Assembly (NCBI GenBank): GCA_963846575.1
Contig: CAWJWJ010000002.1
Coordinates: forward strand, 1,536,001-1,600,000
Length of the DNA: 64,000 nt
Source: an uncultured Nitrospiraceae bacterium
GTDB taxonomy: Bacteria > Nitrospirota > Nitrospiria > Nitrospirales > Nitrospiraceae
Reading direction: 5' to 3'
The stretch's first letter is position 1. Each line of letters begins with the position of its first letter. Both the position numbers and the translations under genes were made by a program. Positions 50,359 to 59,288 of the stretch are shown here, piece by piece. The notes under the pieces were generated by a model that was not told the DNA's origin, made no database searches, and saw nothing but the letters and a program-made list of their open reading frames with translations.

Positions 50359-50943
50359 ATGCCGCACACAGGCATTAGAGGACTAGACACTCTGCCCTGG
50401 GGGACGCATCTCTGCCTGTTCTATAAATCTGGGATCGAACTCCGGCAATTGCTCACCCCTTATTTCCAAACCGGTTTGGCCGACGGAGAAAGTTGTGTGT
50501 GGGTCACCGGTCCTTCATTCACGGAACAGGAAGTCCTCGACTCCGTGCAGCAGATCCATCCACAGGTATCACACCATCTCGAGACCGGACAGTTGGAAAT
50601 ACTCCCCTATACCGCCTGTCATCTGACTACAGGAATCTTTCGCTCGGAGGCGATGCTCGAGTCATGGTCCTCTAAACTTGAACGGGCCATCGATCGAGGA
50701 TTTTCCGGATTGCGTATTGCAGGAGATACATCCTGGTTGACTTCCAGGGAACAGCGACAGGAGTTTCTCGTGTACGAGAAGCGACTGACTCACGCCGCAT
50801 CCGTCCAGCGGTTACTCACGCTGTGTGCCTATCCAAGCTCGGATTGGGCTCCAGACGAGATGCTCACGGTCATGCAATCCCACGGCTCGGTGTTACTTCC
50901 AGGGAAGGCGGGATGGAAAGCGATCGACGTGCGTTGTGGCTGA
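50359..50943 (+). CDS. Stand-alone MEDS domain protein (methanogen-like type)
   Basis: TGI.....LPWGTH.CLFY, YF..GL..GE.C.WVT, GLRIAGD..W, YE, LC.Y, H. Confidence 0.85.
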   Translation: MPHTGIRGLDTLPWGTHLCLFYKSGIELRQLLTPYFQTGLADGESCVWVTGPSFTEQEVLDSVQQIHPQVSHHLETGQLEILPYTACHLTTGIFRSEAMLESWSSKLERAIDRGFSGLRIAGDTSWLTSREQRQEFLVYEKRLTHAASVQRLLTLCAYPSSDWAPDEMLTVMQSHGSVLLPGKAGWKAIDVRCG

Positions 50944-51155
50944 GTGAGTCGCTACCAGATTTTCCCTAAGCGCTGTATCTCACGGACTCTCCCTGGGCCA
51001 AAGCCCTGGCCTGGGTCTGATATACTTGCAGCAGGCGGCGTGGATAGGGTAGCTTCGACCCTCAATGATCTGCATGTTGCTCTAGGGCGAACTCTTCGCG
51101 CGGATCCATGCTTACTGGTTCTACGTTCAAGCACTGTGCTTTAGGAGATCCACGG

Positions 51156-51701
51156 ATGGCACGGCACATTGAGAAGGTGACCTCGCAGAAGCACGGATCG
51201 TTTGGAGAGGAGCCGGGGCAGGGGACACCCCCTGAAATCATTGAAGTTGATCAGGCCCAGACAGCGGACGGTCTTTCGGGGATCAGCTGTCCGGTAAACA
51301 AATGCGACGGGCGTCTGAGCGCCGGAGCTTCCGGTTTTGACGCCAGGACCGCGCTGGAGTCCCTGGTGTGCCCACTCTGTGGTCATCGGGGATTACGATC
51401 GCGTGACGGTGTGGTGCTCCTATTTCGAAGCGGATATGAATTCAAGTTTAGTTATGGTCCTTCAGTGCAGACCATTACGATCATTTTGAGTTCAGCTGCG
51501 GTCAATCTGTGGAGCACCCACGACGTCATGGATGATCACCTCGCGAGGGTCGCAGCAGAGTGGGCCCTCCTGTGCGGCCATACCGACAAACAAATCCATC
51601 TGGGGCTACCCGCTGCGGAATTTGCAGATTTTTATCTCTACTTCTGCAAACAAAAAGAGAACCTCCTGAAGCAACCGGCTGGGCGGTCGTCCCGGAGTTG
51701 A
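51156..51701 (+). CDS. Hypothetical protein with putative Zn-ribbon (CPVNKC...CPLCG)
   Basis: AGGAG RBS; four Cys in two knuckles. Confidence 0.6.
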   Translation: MARHIEKVTSQKHGSFGEEPGQGTPPEIIEVDQAQTADGLSGISCPVNKCDGRLSAGASGFDARTALESLVCPLCGHRGLRSRDGVVLLFRSGYEFKFSYGPSVQTITIILSSAAVNLWSTHDVMDDHLARVAAEWALLCGHTDKQIHLGLPAAEFADFYLYFCKQKENLLKQPAGRSSRS

Positions 51702-51738
51702 TGACTCGACCCTTTTTCACTGGAATGCACCGGAAAAG

Positions 51739-52305
51739 CTACCATTTCCCCAGCCAGTTCCTGCTCCCCGCGTAGTACGACGTAATCGCAATCGCTAGAA
51801 GAAACAGAATTTGCATGACGTGCTGAACGAGCACACTGGGCTCGATCGTTCTCGTCACGAAGAGGACGGCTGCGGCTACCAGTGTGACAATGAACGTGGT
51901 GCGCTTGGGGCAGAGAGTGCCATCGCGCTTACTTTGGGCCGCCAGTGCGATCCAGACGCAGGCCCAGCCGATAGCTCCCACGACCAGCGCCGCGGCGAGA
52001 TCCGTCAGTCCGACCATGAGACTGCTCAATCCCAGCTCGGTCTTCGGTCTGCGCGGCAGTTCGATTCGAATACGATAGAGCTCACCAACGGAAAGAGCCA
52101 ACCAGATCAACAGAATACCCAGCAGAAAGCTGCCCCGGCTCATTTCTTCGGAGAAGAGACGTTTGCCGGGCGAGGCTTGCGTGGAGGCCTTGAGAGGCAG
52201 ACCTTGAAAGTGGGGCGTAAAATCGTAGCCGCACTCGCAGAACTGTGCTGCGTCGGGATTAGAGAGCAGACAACGGGGACACTCAAGAGGCACCGGTTCG
52301 CTCAT
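51739..52305 (-). CDS. Membrane protein with N-terminal zinc ribbon
   Basis: CPRC...N...AQFCECGYDF followed by about four TM helices. Confidence 0.65.
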   Translation of the reverse strand: MSEPVPLECPRCLLSNPDAAQFCECGYDFTPHFQGLPLKASTQASPGKRLFSEEMSRGSFLLGILLIWLALSVGELYRIRIELPRRPKTELGLSSLMVGLTDLAAALVVGAIGWACVWIALAAQSKRDGTLCPKRTTFIVTLVAAAVLFVTRTIEPSVLVQHVMQILFLLAIAITSYYAGSRNWLGKW

Positions 52306-52375
52306 GTTCTCGCCACTGGCATGTTAGAATCGCCGAATTGACCTGTCCCGGGCCGTACTGGTATTGGAGGACGTG

Positions 52376-52771
52376 ATGACTCAGCCGACGCGGTCATTTG
52401 TATTTGCATTGTGGGCTGCCCTATTCGCCGCCTCATCCGTGGGGGCCGGCGCTTTCGGTGCGCACGCGCTCAAAACCATCTTGGATCCACCGATGCTCAT
52501 CGTATACGAAACAGCGGCGCGGTACCAAATGTACCATGCTCTGGGCCTTTTTGTCGTAGCCTGGTTGTATCGCGAGACTCATGATGGATGGGCAGTGACG
52601 GCGGGGTGGTTGTTCTGTACCGGGATTCTTCTCTTCAGCGGCAGCCTATACGTGGTGGCCTTGGCTGGAATCAAGTGGATGGGCGCGCTGACTCCCCTGG
52701 GGGGTCTGTGCTTCATTGCCGGATGGATGTGCCTGGCCTGGACGACATGGCATGCCCGGCACGATCACTGA
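52376..52771 (+). CDS. DUF423 (YgdD/TMEM256) membrane protein
   Basis: GAFGAHAL, TAARYQMYHALGL, FSGSLY, GALTPLGG. Confidence 0.92.
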   Translation: MTQPTRSFVFALWAALFAASSVGAGAFGAHALKTILDPPMLIVYETAARYQMYHALGLFVVAWLYRETHDGWAVTAGWLFCTGILLFSGSLYVVALAGIKWMGALTPLGGLCFIAGWMCLAWTTWHARHDH

Positions 52772-53790
52772 TGACGACGCTGCCGCACCGCCGGCTTGTC
52801 ACCTGGCTTTGAGAAACAGGACGCGGTGCGTTTCCCGGTAATGGATCCCCAGCCTCCTGCCGTGTTGACGAAGGTTCCTTCCAGTCGTTGGCCTTCCGCC
52901 GAAAACAGGAGACTGTCTTCCTGCATGCCGGCCCTCGTCTCCCATCGAAGATAGACACCGTCGCCAAGCACGACGATTTCCGCAGGACTGACTGCGGAGG
53001 TGGATCCCGGTGGGGCAAAGGTCACGGCGGTCTTTTCCTCTCGATGGTTCTGGTGGTTGTGAATCGACCATTGCCACGTCCCGCACAATCGTCCCAGCCC
53101 CCGTTGCTGTCGCACCTGATCTTTCCAATTCCATAGTCGAAACCACTCCCGGTACACGGTTTGAATCGTCCTGGTTTCAATGCCGGCGGCAACCTCGGCC
53201 AGGGTCAGTCCCACATCCTCATCAGGTGCCGAACCAGCGACCCCGTCCGAGGTCGTTTCTTGAGGATGATCAGGTCGCAAGAGCGTCAAGAGGCGACGAA
53301 GGGCCGGTTCCAGATTCGTGCCTTCTGCTACCCAATCTTTCTGAGTCGTGATCTGTCGGTACAGTTCTGCCGATTGTTCATCGCTCGCGGATGGACGTAG
53401 CTCGCGCACCGCATGCGACAGCCGCCATGCCGCGAACCCGCGCACGAGTTGGGTCGCCGACCTGGTCAGGTCGGGCAACAGCAGCTCCTGAGCCACGGCG
53501 GGAGAGAGCCCCCTGGCCCCAATCGTCATTGCCGCATCCTTCAGGCCTAAGCTCGGGCCGATCTCATTCTTGAAGAGCGTCAAGGCATCGCCTTGCTCGG
53601 GTAGTAATGCCAAGTGGGGGGCACTGGTCCGCAACACTTCGTCAAAAGCCGGAAAACGATCGGTGAGGGTTGCCTGTGCCGGAGCTGGTGGCTCGGCAGC
53701 CATTGTGACAGTCCAATGATCGGCAACGAGCACGGCCGTGAGGCAGAAAGCTCCGATACTGAGTAGGATTCGATTCGGGTGGTGTGCCAT
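52765..53790 (-). CDS. Hypothetical exported protein
   Basis: Signal peptide; C-terminal beta domain LCGTWQW.IHNHQNH...ITGKR. Confidence 0.65.
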   Translation of the reverse strand: MAHHPNRILLSIGAFCLTAVLVADHWTVTMAAEPPAPAQATLTDRFPAFDEVLRTSAPHLALLPEQGDALTLFKNEIGPSLGLKDAAMTIGARGLSPAVAQELLLPDLTRSATQLVRGFAAWRLSHAVRELRPSASDEQSAELYRQITTQKDWVAEGTNLEPALRRLLTLLRPDHPQETTSDGVAGSAPDEDVGLTLAEVAAGIETRTIQTVYREWFRLWNWKDQVRQQRGLGRLCGTWQWSIHNHQNHREEKTAVTFAPPGSTSAVSPAEIVVLGDGVYLRWETRAGMQEDSLLFSAEGQRLEGTFVNTAGGWGSITGKRTASCFSKPGDKPAVRQRRHQ

Positions 53791-53898
53791 GAGTGAAGCC
53801 GCTCCGGTTCGAGCTAAGCAGAATGGAGAAAAACCAAGGCCTGCTGCAGGTGAGCATCAGCAGACCATGGTGATACTCTCTGTCCCTCGCCGAACCTG

Positions 53899-54690
53899 TT
53901 ATGTTCCCTGAAAGGAATTTTTTAAAAACGCCACGGTGGCATCCCAGGCTTGGGCGGAAGCCGCCGCGTCGTAGCTGGCGGGGCGTGTTTCATCGCAGAA
54001 TGCATGCGAGGCACCCGGATATGTCCTAACTTCGATCCGTTTACCCTGAGTCGCTGCGTGACGGAGATGCTCGACATCCTGTTGAGTGGCCCAGGTGTCC
54101 TGCTCCGCCTGGTGATACTGCAGCGGACCCAGCATGTTGGTTAGCAGGTCCGGGGCCGTGACCTTTCCGTAAAAGGATACCGCTGCGCGCAGACGCTTGC
54201 GCTGGCAGGCGAACCGGATGGCAAGGGACCCCCCCATGCCAAAGCCAACGACACCATGGATGTTGCGCTTGATGTGTTCGAGCGTATTCAAATATTCGCA
54301 GCAACTATTGATGTCCTGAAGCAACAGCTGATCGTTGCACTTGGCCAGAAGCGCTTCCGCCACCTCCGCATTGGCCGTTACCATGCCGCCGAGACGCCCA
54401 TATAATTTCGGAATGATCACCCCATACCCCTCGCAGGCCAACCTCATGCCCAGGTCCGTGATCTGCGAATTCATACCCCACCAGTCATGCAGAAGCACAA
54501 TGCCGGGGTACGCGACTTTGTCTTGAGGCCAGTACTGGATGCATTCCACCTGCACGTCTTTGGTCACACGCGTCTTGATGTAAGGATCCACCATGGCATC
54601 CGTCGCGCTGGGAATCGCCGTCCCACTGGGGAAACGAGCCGTACTGGTTCCGATCTGGTGTAGCGAAAATGGGGCGGCCTGAGTAGTCAT
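53899..54690 (-). CDS. Dienelactone hydrolase family protein (nucleophile Cys replaced)
   Basis: P.IVLLHDWWG.N, RLA.EGY, GVVGFGMGG, FYG, D, YPGASHAF, AW. Confidence 0.85.
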   Translation of the reverse strand: MTTQAAPFSLHQIGTSTARFPSGTAIPSATDAMVDPYIKTRVTKDVQVECIQYWPQDKVAYPGIVLLHDWWGMNSQITDLGMRLACEGYGVIIPKLYGRLGGMVTANAEVAEALLAKCNDQLLLQDINSCCEYLNTLEHIKRNIHGVVGFGMGGSLAIRFACQRKRLRAAVSFYGKVTAPDLLTNMLGPLQYHQAEQDTWATQQDVEHLRHAATQGKRIEVRTYPGASHAFCDETRPASYDAAASAQAWDATVAFLKNSFQGT

Positions 54691-54746
54691 GGGCGAGGAG
54701 GTCCTTTCTCGATTGGCGTCTACCGTCCATCGGCTGTTCAAAATGT

Positions 54747-54835
54747 ACTATAGGGAGCGCATTTGGGCGTTGTCAATCAACGGCGCCACGGGTTGCTCGC
54801 GCCATATTGACCACCCGGCGCGGCCTCGGTACAGT
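54747..54835. promoter_or_regulatory. Divergent sigma70-type promoter pair
   Basis: Minus strand TTGACA-N18-TATAGT (54776-54747); plus strand TTGACC-N17-TACAGT (54807-54835). Confidence 0.55.
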
Positions 54836-54847
54836 GCGTCCCCATTG

Positions 54848-55837
54848 ATGGTCTCCGACACACCTACACCTCTCGGCATCGGACTGATCGGGCTCGGTCG
54901 TCACGGCAGGCGATATGCCAAACACCTGATGGCCGATCTGCCTCAGGCTCGCCTGGTTGCGGTGAGCCGTCGCCGCACAGGTGAGGGGCATGGGCTGCCC
55001 GCAGATCTGGCCGTCGCCTGTTACTCCGACTATCGCGATCTGATTGCCGATCCCGATGTGGCAGCGGTCGTTGTCGTCACGCCCCCGACGCTCAATCGGG
55101 AGATTTGCCTCGCCGTCATGCGGGCGAACAAAGCCTTGTTGGTTGAGAAGCCATTGGCCCTCACGGCAGACGATGCCCGCGCGATCGCGCGGGAAGTCCA
55201 ACAACCGGGACAGGTGAGGATGACGGCGCACACGCTCCGGTATGACGCCGCGATCGTCGGCCTTCGCGAACGGCATGCGCAGATCGGCGCGCTTCAATAC
55301 CTCAGCCTGGCCAGTCGCATGGAACCGCACGGGTCCGGTGACGAGGTTCAGGGGTTCGGCGGCCGCGGCTGTTTGCTCGAAACCGGGATCCACCTCCTGG
55401 ATTTAATTCGTGTCCTGACAACGGATGAGGTTCATTCGGTCTCCTGCGAGATGGACGTACTGCCTCCGCAAGGAGCAGAGCACCGGATCGTGGGGCGACT
55501 CATGACAGGCCGCGGAATACCATGTCTCTTGGATGTGTCGCGGGTCTCGTCGGGGCGGATCGGACGGGTGGAATTGATTGGTTCCGAGGGGCAGTTGTCG
55601 GGGGAGTGGTGCGGGCAGCGGGTGGTACAGGTGTCTGCGCGACATGGTGATGCAGCATGGCACACCGCTGCCGACCCGACGGTACTGAATACGTTACGCG
55701 AATTTGTGCGAGCCGTACGCGAGGGTCTGCCGCCTCCGATCACCCTTGAAGACGGCAAGCGCGCAGTCGAAATAGCCGAGGCCTGTTATGCCTCGGCGCG
55801 GCAGGGCGGACGCACGGTTCCGGTTGAATACGCCTGA
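54848..55837 (+). CDS. Gfo/Idh/MocA family oxidoreductase
   Basis: GLIGLGRHG, LLVEKPLA, G.LLETGIHLLD. Confidence 0.9.
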   Translation: MVSDTPTPLGIGLIGLGRHGRRYAKHLMADLPQARLVAVSRRRTGEGHGLPADLAVACYSDYRDLIADPDVAAVVVVTPPTLNREICLAVMRANKALLVEKPLALTADDARAIAREVQQPGQVRMTAHTLRYDAAIVGLRERHAQIGALQYLSLASRMEPHGSGDEVQGFGGRGCLLETGIHLLDLIRVLTTDEVHSVSCEMDVLPPQGAEHRIVGRLMTGRGIPCLLDVSRVSSGRIGRVELIGSEGQLSGEWCGQRVVQVSARHGDAAWHTAADPTVLNTLREFVRAVREGLPPPITLEDGKRAVEIAEACYASARQGGRTVPVEYA

Positions 55838-55838
55838 C

Positions 55839-56075
55839 CTAGGTTTCAGCGACGATATGGGTATCGGTTTCTTCCACGCCTTCGATGGCATGAATGCGGG
55901 TAATCACGACATCGGAGAGGGCGCGCTCATCCGCCACGTTGATAAATACGAAAATATCCGGCTGCCCGAAACAGGCGTGAATTTGCTCGACGCCGGCAAT
56001 GCTTTTGAGCGAGGCGAGGACCGACTTCCCTTTGCCTGCTTTCACCTTAATGAGAATGTACGCTTTGGTTGCCAT
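55839..56075 (-). CDS. Stand-alone Lrp/AsnC ligand-binding (RAM) domain protein
   Basis: AYILI.V..G....V...L..I.GV......G..DI...I..I.GV..T.T.IV. Confidence 0.85.
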   Translation of the reverse strand: MATKAYILIKVKAGKGKSVLASLKSIAGVEQIHACFGQPDIFVFINVADERALSDVVITRIHAIEGVEETDTHIVAET

Positions 56076-56146
56076 GGTGCCTCCTCGGGCTGAGAGTCGT
56101 GAACATTAGGTGGCTCGACGTCACTGATTCATTGTGTGCGGGACGC

Positions 56147-56770
56147 TCACTCCGAGCTGGCGCCGGGCATTTCCCGACGCCGCTGGGCATACACCTCGTG
56201 AAAGGTCTTGCCCTGCGTCAAAAAGGCGGCCGCACTCCGCTGATACAATTGCGCAAGGATTTCGAAATCCTGCCTGTCGATATTGAATTCCCTGAAGCCG
56301 TCGTCGAGGCCCGTCGCGTTCCATTCGCTTGGGGCTCGCCCGGCCTGGATTACCGCATCCAATGTGTCCGCAGACCAGCCGCTCTGGCGAAACGAGGCTT
56401 CAACCTCTTCCGCGCGGTCACCGAATCTAGCGCGGTGGGCCTCGGAAAAAAACTCTTTTATGGCGGGGTGCTGGCTTTTCAGAAAGGCCGATTGGAATTG
56501 TATGGTGGCTTTGATGATCTCATTGGCTTGCGCCGTACCTTCCGGCGGAAGAATCCCCGCGTCCTGAAAGGTCGCAAGCAGGGCCATGACCGACCCGATG
56601 TATGTCGAAGCGGTTCTCGCGGATTGAGCCACCGGGAGCGACACAGCCGGTGGTGCTGCCCATGGGGACTGACTTACGCCTATGGAGGGAAGGAGCATCG
56701 ACAACGAGAGGCCCGTGCCTAGAACATATGACTGAATCGAACGCCTGCGCCTCTCGTCGCAAGTCTTCAT
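56147..56770 (-). CDS. Hypothetical exported protein
   Basis: Signal-like N-terminus, helical body; start approximate. Confidence 0.6.
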   Translation of the reverse strand: MKTCDERRRRSIQSYVLGTGLSLSMLLPSIGVSQSPWAAPPAVSLPVAQSARTASTYIGSVMALLATFQDAGILPPEGTAQANEIIKATIQFQSAFLKSQHPAIKEFFSEAHRARFGDRAEEVEASFRQSGWSADTLDAVIQAGRAPSEWNATGLDDGFREFNIDRQDFEILAQLYQRSAAAFLTQGKTFHEVYAQRRREMPGASSE

Positions 56771-57007
56771 CCGGAGTTCAACCAGATGAAATGCACAAAA
56801 CCTGCGGCGCGGCATTACGGGGGGTGAGGGCATGGCGGGCATTATACAGAACAGGCGCAAGTCACGCTACCGCGCGGACCCGGGGGGGCCGACAAGGCAG
56901 CAGATGATTGAATTCAGGAGAACCGGCTGCCTATAATTCGGCCACTGGAGCAGGTTTTCAGGCACCCCTGATGCTCTGAGCACTTACTTCCCTCCCGTCT
57001 GGATGAG

Positions 57008-58543
57008 GTGACAGTGCTGGCGAATGTTGTGAGTGCGGCGATCGTCGGAGTGGACGCACACCTGGTGGATGTGGAAGTGGATATTTCGTCCGGGCTTCCG
57101 CAGTTCTCAATCGTGGGACTCCCTGATGCCACCGTGCGAGAGAGCCGTGACCGTGTTCGTGCGGCGCTCAAGAATAGCGGCTTCCGCTTTCCTGTGAAGA
57201 AAATTACCGTCAACCTGGCACCTGCGAACATCAAGAAGGAGGGAGCCGGCCTGGATCTGGCCATCGCGCTGGGCATTCTCGCCGCCGAGGAGATCCTTCC
57301 CGCTGACGCCGTCAAGGGGCATGTGTGTGTTGGTGAATTATCACTTGATGGCCGCCTGAAACCGATTCCCGGTGCGCTGTCCATCGGGGTCGTCTGTCGC
57401 CGTCGTCATCGCGTACTGATCTCCGCCGACAACGCGCCCGAAGCCGCACTAGTGGAGGGGGCGGAAGTTTTTCCTATCCATACGTTGCCTGAAGCGGTTG
57501 AATTCCTGCGTGGGACCCAGACCATCGCCCCGCTGTCGAACTTCAGCGAGAGCAAGGGTTTCGTCGGATCGCTCGAAGACGAGGACTTTGTCGATGTCAA
57601 AGGGCAAGCTCATGCGAAGCGGGCGTTGGAGGTCGCGGCAGCCGGAGGCCACAACCTTCTCATGTTGGGGCCTCCCGGAGCAGGCAAGACGATGTTGGCC
57701 CGACGCCTTCCGGGGATCCTGCCCTTGCTGGCTCAAGAGGAGGCGCTGGAAACCAGCCGGATCCATAGCGTGGTGGGGCAGCTATCCCCGATTCATCCTC
57801 TGATGCATCGCCGTCCTTTTCGCGCCCCCCATCACAGCATTTCGGAGGCCGGGCTCATCGGTGGCGGGTCGACACCGCGGCCGGGTGAGGTCTCACTCGC
57901 GCACAACGGCGTCCTGTTTCTTGATGAAGCCGGCGAGTTTGGCCGCGCCACGCTCGACGCATTGCGACAGCCGCTCGAAGACGGCCATGTCACCGTCACT
58001 CGCGCCAGCGGGTCACTGCGTTTTCCTGCGCGCTTTATGCTTGTTGCGGCCATGAACCCCTGTCCCTGCGGTTACTATGGAGACCGCACGAAAGACTGCC
58101 TGTGCAGCGCCGCCCATGTGAGGCGATATCGGAGCCGGCTATCCGGCCCGCTGCTGGATCGTCTGGATCTTCAGATCGAAGTGCCAGCTGTGCCGATACG
58201 CTCGCTAGGCGAAGACCTTCCGGTCACCGATTCATCGGCGGCGATCAGAGCCAGGGTCATGGACGCACGCAGTCGCCAAGAAGCTCGGTATCGCCGCGAA
58301 GGGATCTACACCAATGCGCAATTGAAACCGCGCCACCTGAAGCAGTATTGTGCATTGAATCTGACAGGGCGTGAGTTATTGGAGCAGGCCATGACTCGTT
58401 TGGGATTTTCAGCCAGGGCCCATGGGAGGATTCTTCGTGTGGCACGAACTATTGCCGACTTGGCTGAGTCTGTTACTATCGAGCCGTCGCATCTGGCCGA
58501 AGCCATTCAATATCGAAGTTTTGACCGGCGGATAGAATGGTGA
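57008..58543 (+). CDS. comM: YifB/ComM family AAA+ ATPase (Mg-chelatase-like)
   Basis: VGLPD..VRESR.RV, NLAPA, GPPGAGKTMLARR, PGEVSLAHNGVLFLDE, NPCPCG, SGPLLDR. Confidence 0.95.
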   Translation: MTVLANVVSAAIVGVDAHLVDVEVDISSGLPQFSIVGLPDATVRESRDRVRAALKNSGFRFPVKKITVNLAPANIKKEGAGLDLAIALGILAAEEILPADAVKGHVCVGELSLDGRLKPIPGALSIGVVCRRRHRVLISADNAPEAALVEGAEVFPIHTLPEAVEFLRGTQTIAPLSNFSESKGFVGSLEDEDFVDVKGQAHAKRALEVAAAGGHNLLMLGPPGAGKTMLARRLPGILPLLAQEEALETSRIHSVVGQLSPIHPLMHRRPFRAPHHSISEAGLIGGGSTPRPGEVSLAHNGVLFLDEAGEFGRATLDALRQPLEDGHVTVTRASGSLRFPARFMLVAAMNPCPCGYYGDRTKDCLCSAAHVRRYRSRLSGPLLDRLDLQIEVPAVPIRSLGEDLPVTDSSAAIRARVMDARSRQEARYRREGIYTNAQLKPRHLKQYCALNLTGRELLEQAMTRLGFSARAHGRILRVARTIADLAESVTIEPSHLAEAIQYRSFDRRIEW

Positions 58544-58770
58544 AACCCTCTCCCCTCATTCACACGATGCGCGTCTTTGCCTGGTGGTTTATCGTGGGTG
58601 CCACCATGGCGCTGGCGGTGATTCTCCTCCAGGGAGGGATCCGCGAGGCAATGCAGGCCCAGGGGTCGGTCTGGGAATTAAAGTTGGTGGAGCTCCTGAC
58701 GACGGTCCTGGGCGGTGGACTGTTGGGAGGCTGCATTGCATTGATTCTGGATCGAATCAAGAAATCCTAA
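58537..58770 (+). CDS. Small two-TM hypothetical membrane protein
   Basis: Two hydrophobic segments; overlaps comM stop. Confidence 0.6.
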   Translation: MVKPSPLIHTMRVFAWWFIVGATMALAVILLQGGIREAMQAQGSVWELKLVELLTTVLGGGLLGGCIALILDRIKKS

Positions 58771-58810
58771 CCGCACCACTGGTGCCGCACAGCATAAGGA
58801 GCAGTAAGGA

Positions 58811-59236
58811 ATGGATATTGAAGTCGGCTCGAATCTATATCGGAATTCTAACGGTATCATTCATATTGAAGGGGTGCCGCAGTTCGAAGTGGCAATTAAG
58901 GAACCGGCGCGGACCTTGCTCGTGAATTTTGCTTTGTTCGATGAGGTGGGGCGAATGATGGCCAAAATCGTCGACAGCAACCTGACTTTTAATGAGCGGC
59001 GAGCCTATCAGCTGGCCAAGAGCCCGACGAGTCTCTCGTTAAAACACGAAGCCTCGGGGACCGTTGTCTTCTCGATGGAACTGCGTGAGGGCAATCGAGT
59101 CGTCATGAACCGCGGCACGTTTCATACGATTAAAGGCCATCGGCTGGACGTATCGCAGACCGAATGGCGCATAGATAAGAAACAATTCAGCGGGAAAGAG
59201 ACGGACCTGCAGGGAGGCTCGGTCCTCCTGGGCTAA
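58811..59236 (+). CDS. Hypothetical beta-rich protein
   Basis: RBS-like AAGGA; natural composition; no family recognised. Confidence 0.65.
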   Translation: MDIEVGSNLYRNSNGIIHIEGVPQFEVAIKEPARTLLVNFALFDEVGRMMAKIVDSNLTFNERRAYQLAKSPTSLSLKHEASGTVVFSMELREGNRVVMNRGTFHTIKGHRLDVSQTEWRIDKKQFSGKETDLQGGSVLLG

Positions 59237-59288
59237 CTTTAGAGCTCAAGCGATGTATTCCTATCCCTGCGTCTGCTCCGCTGCCTGA

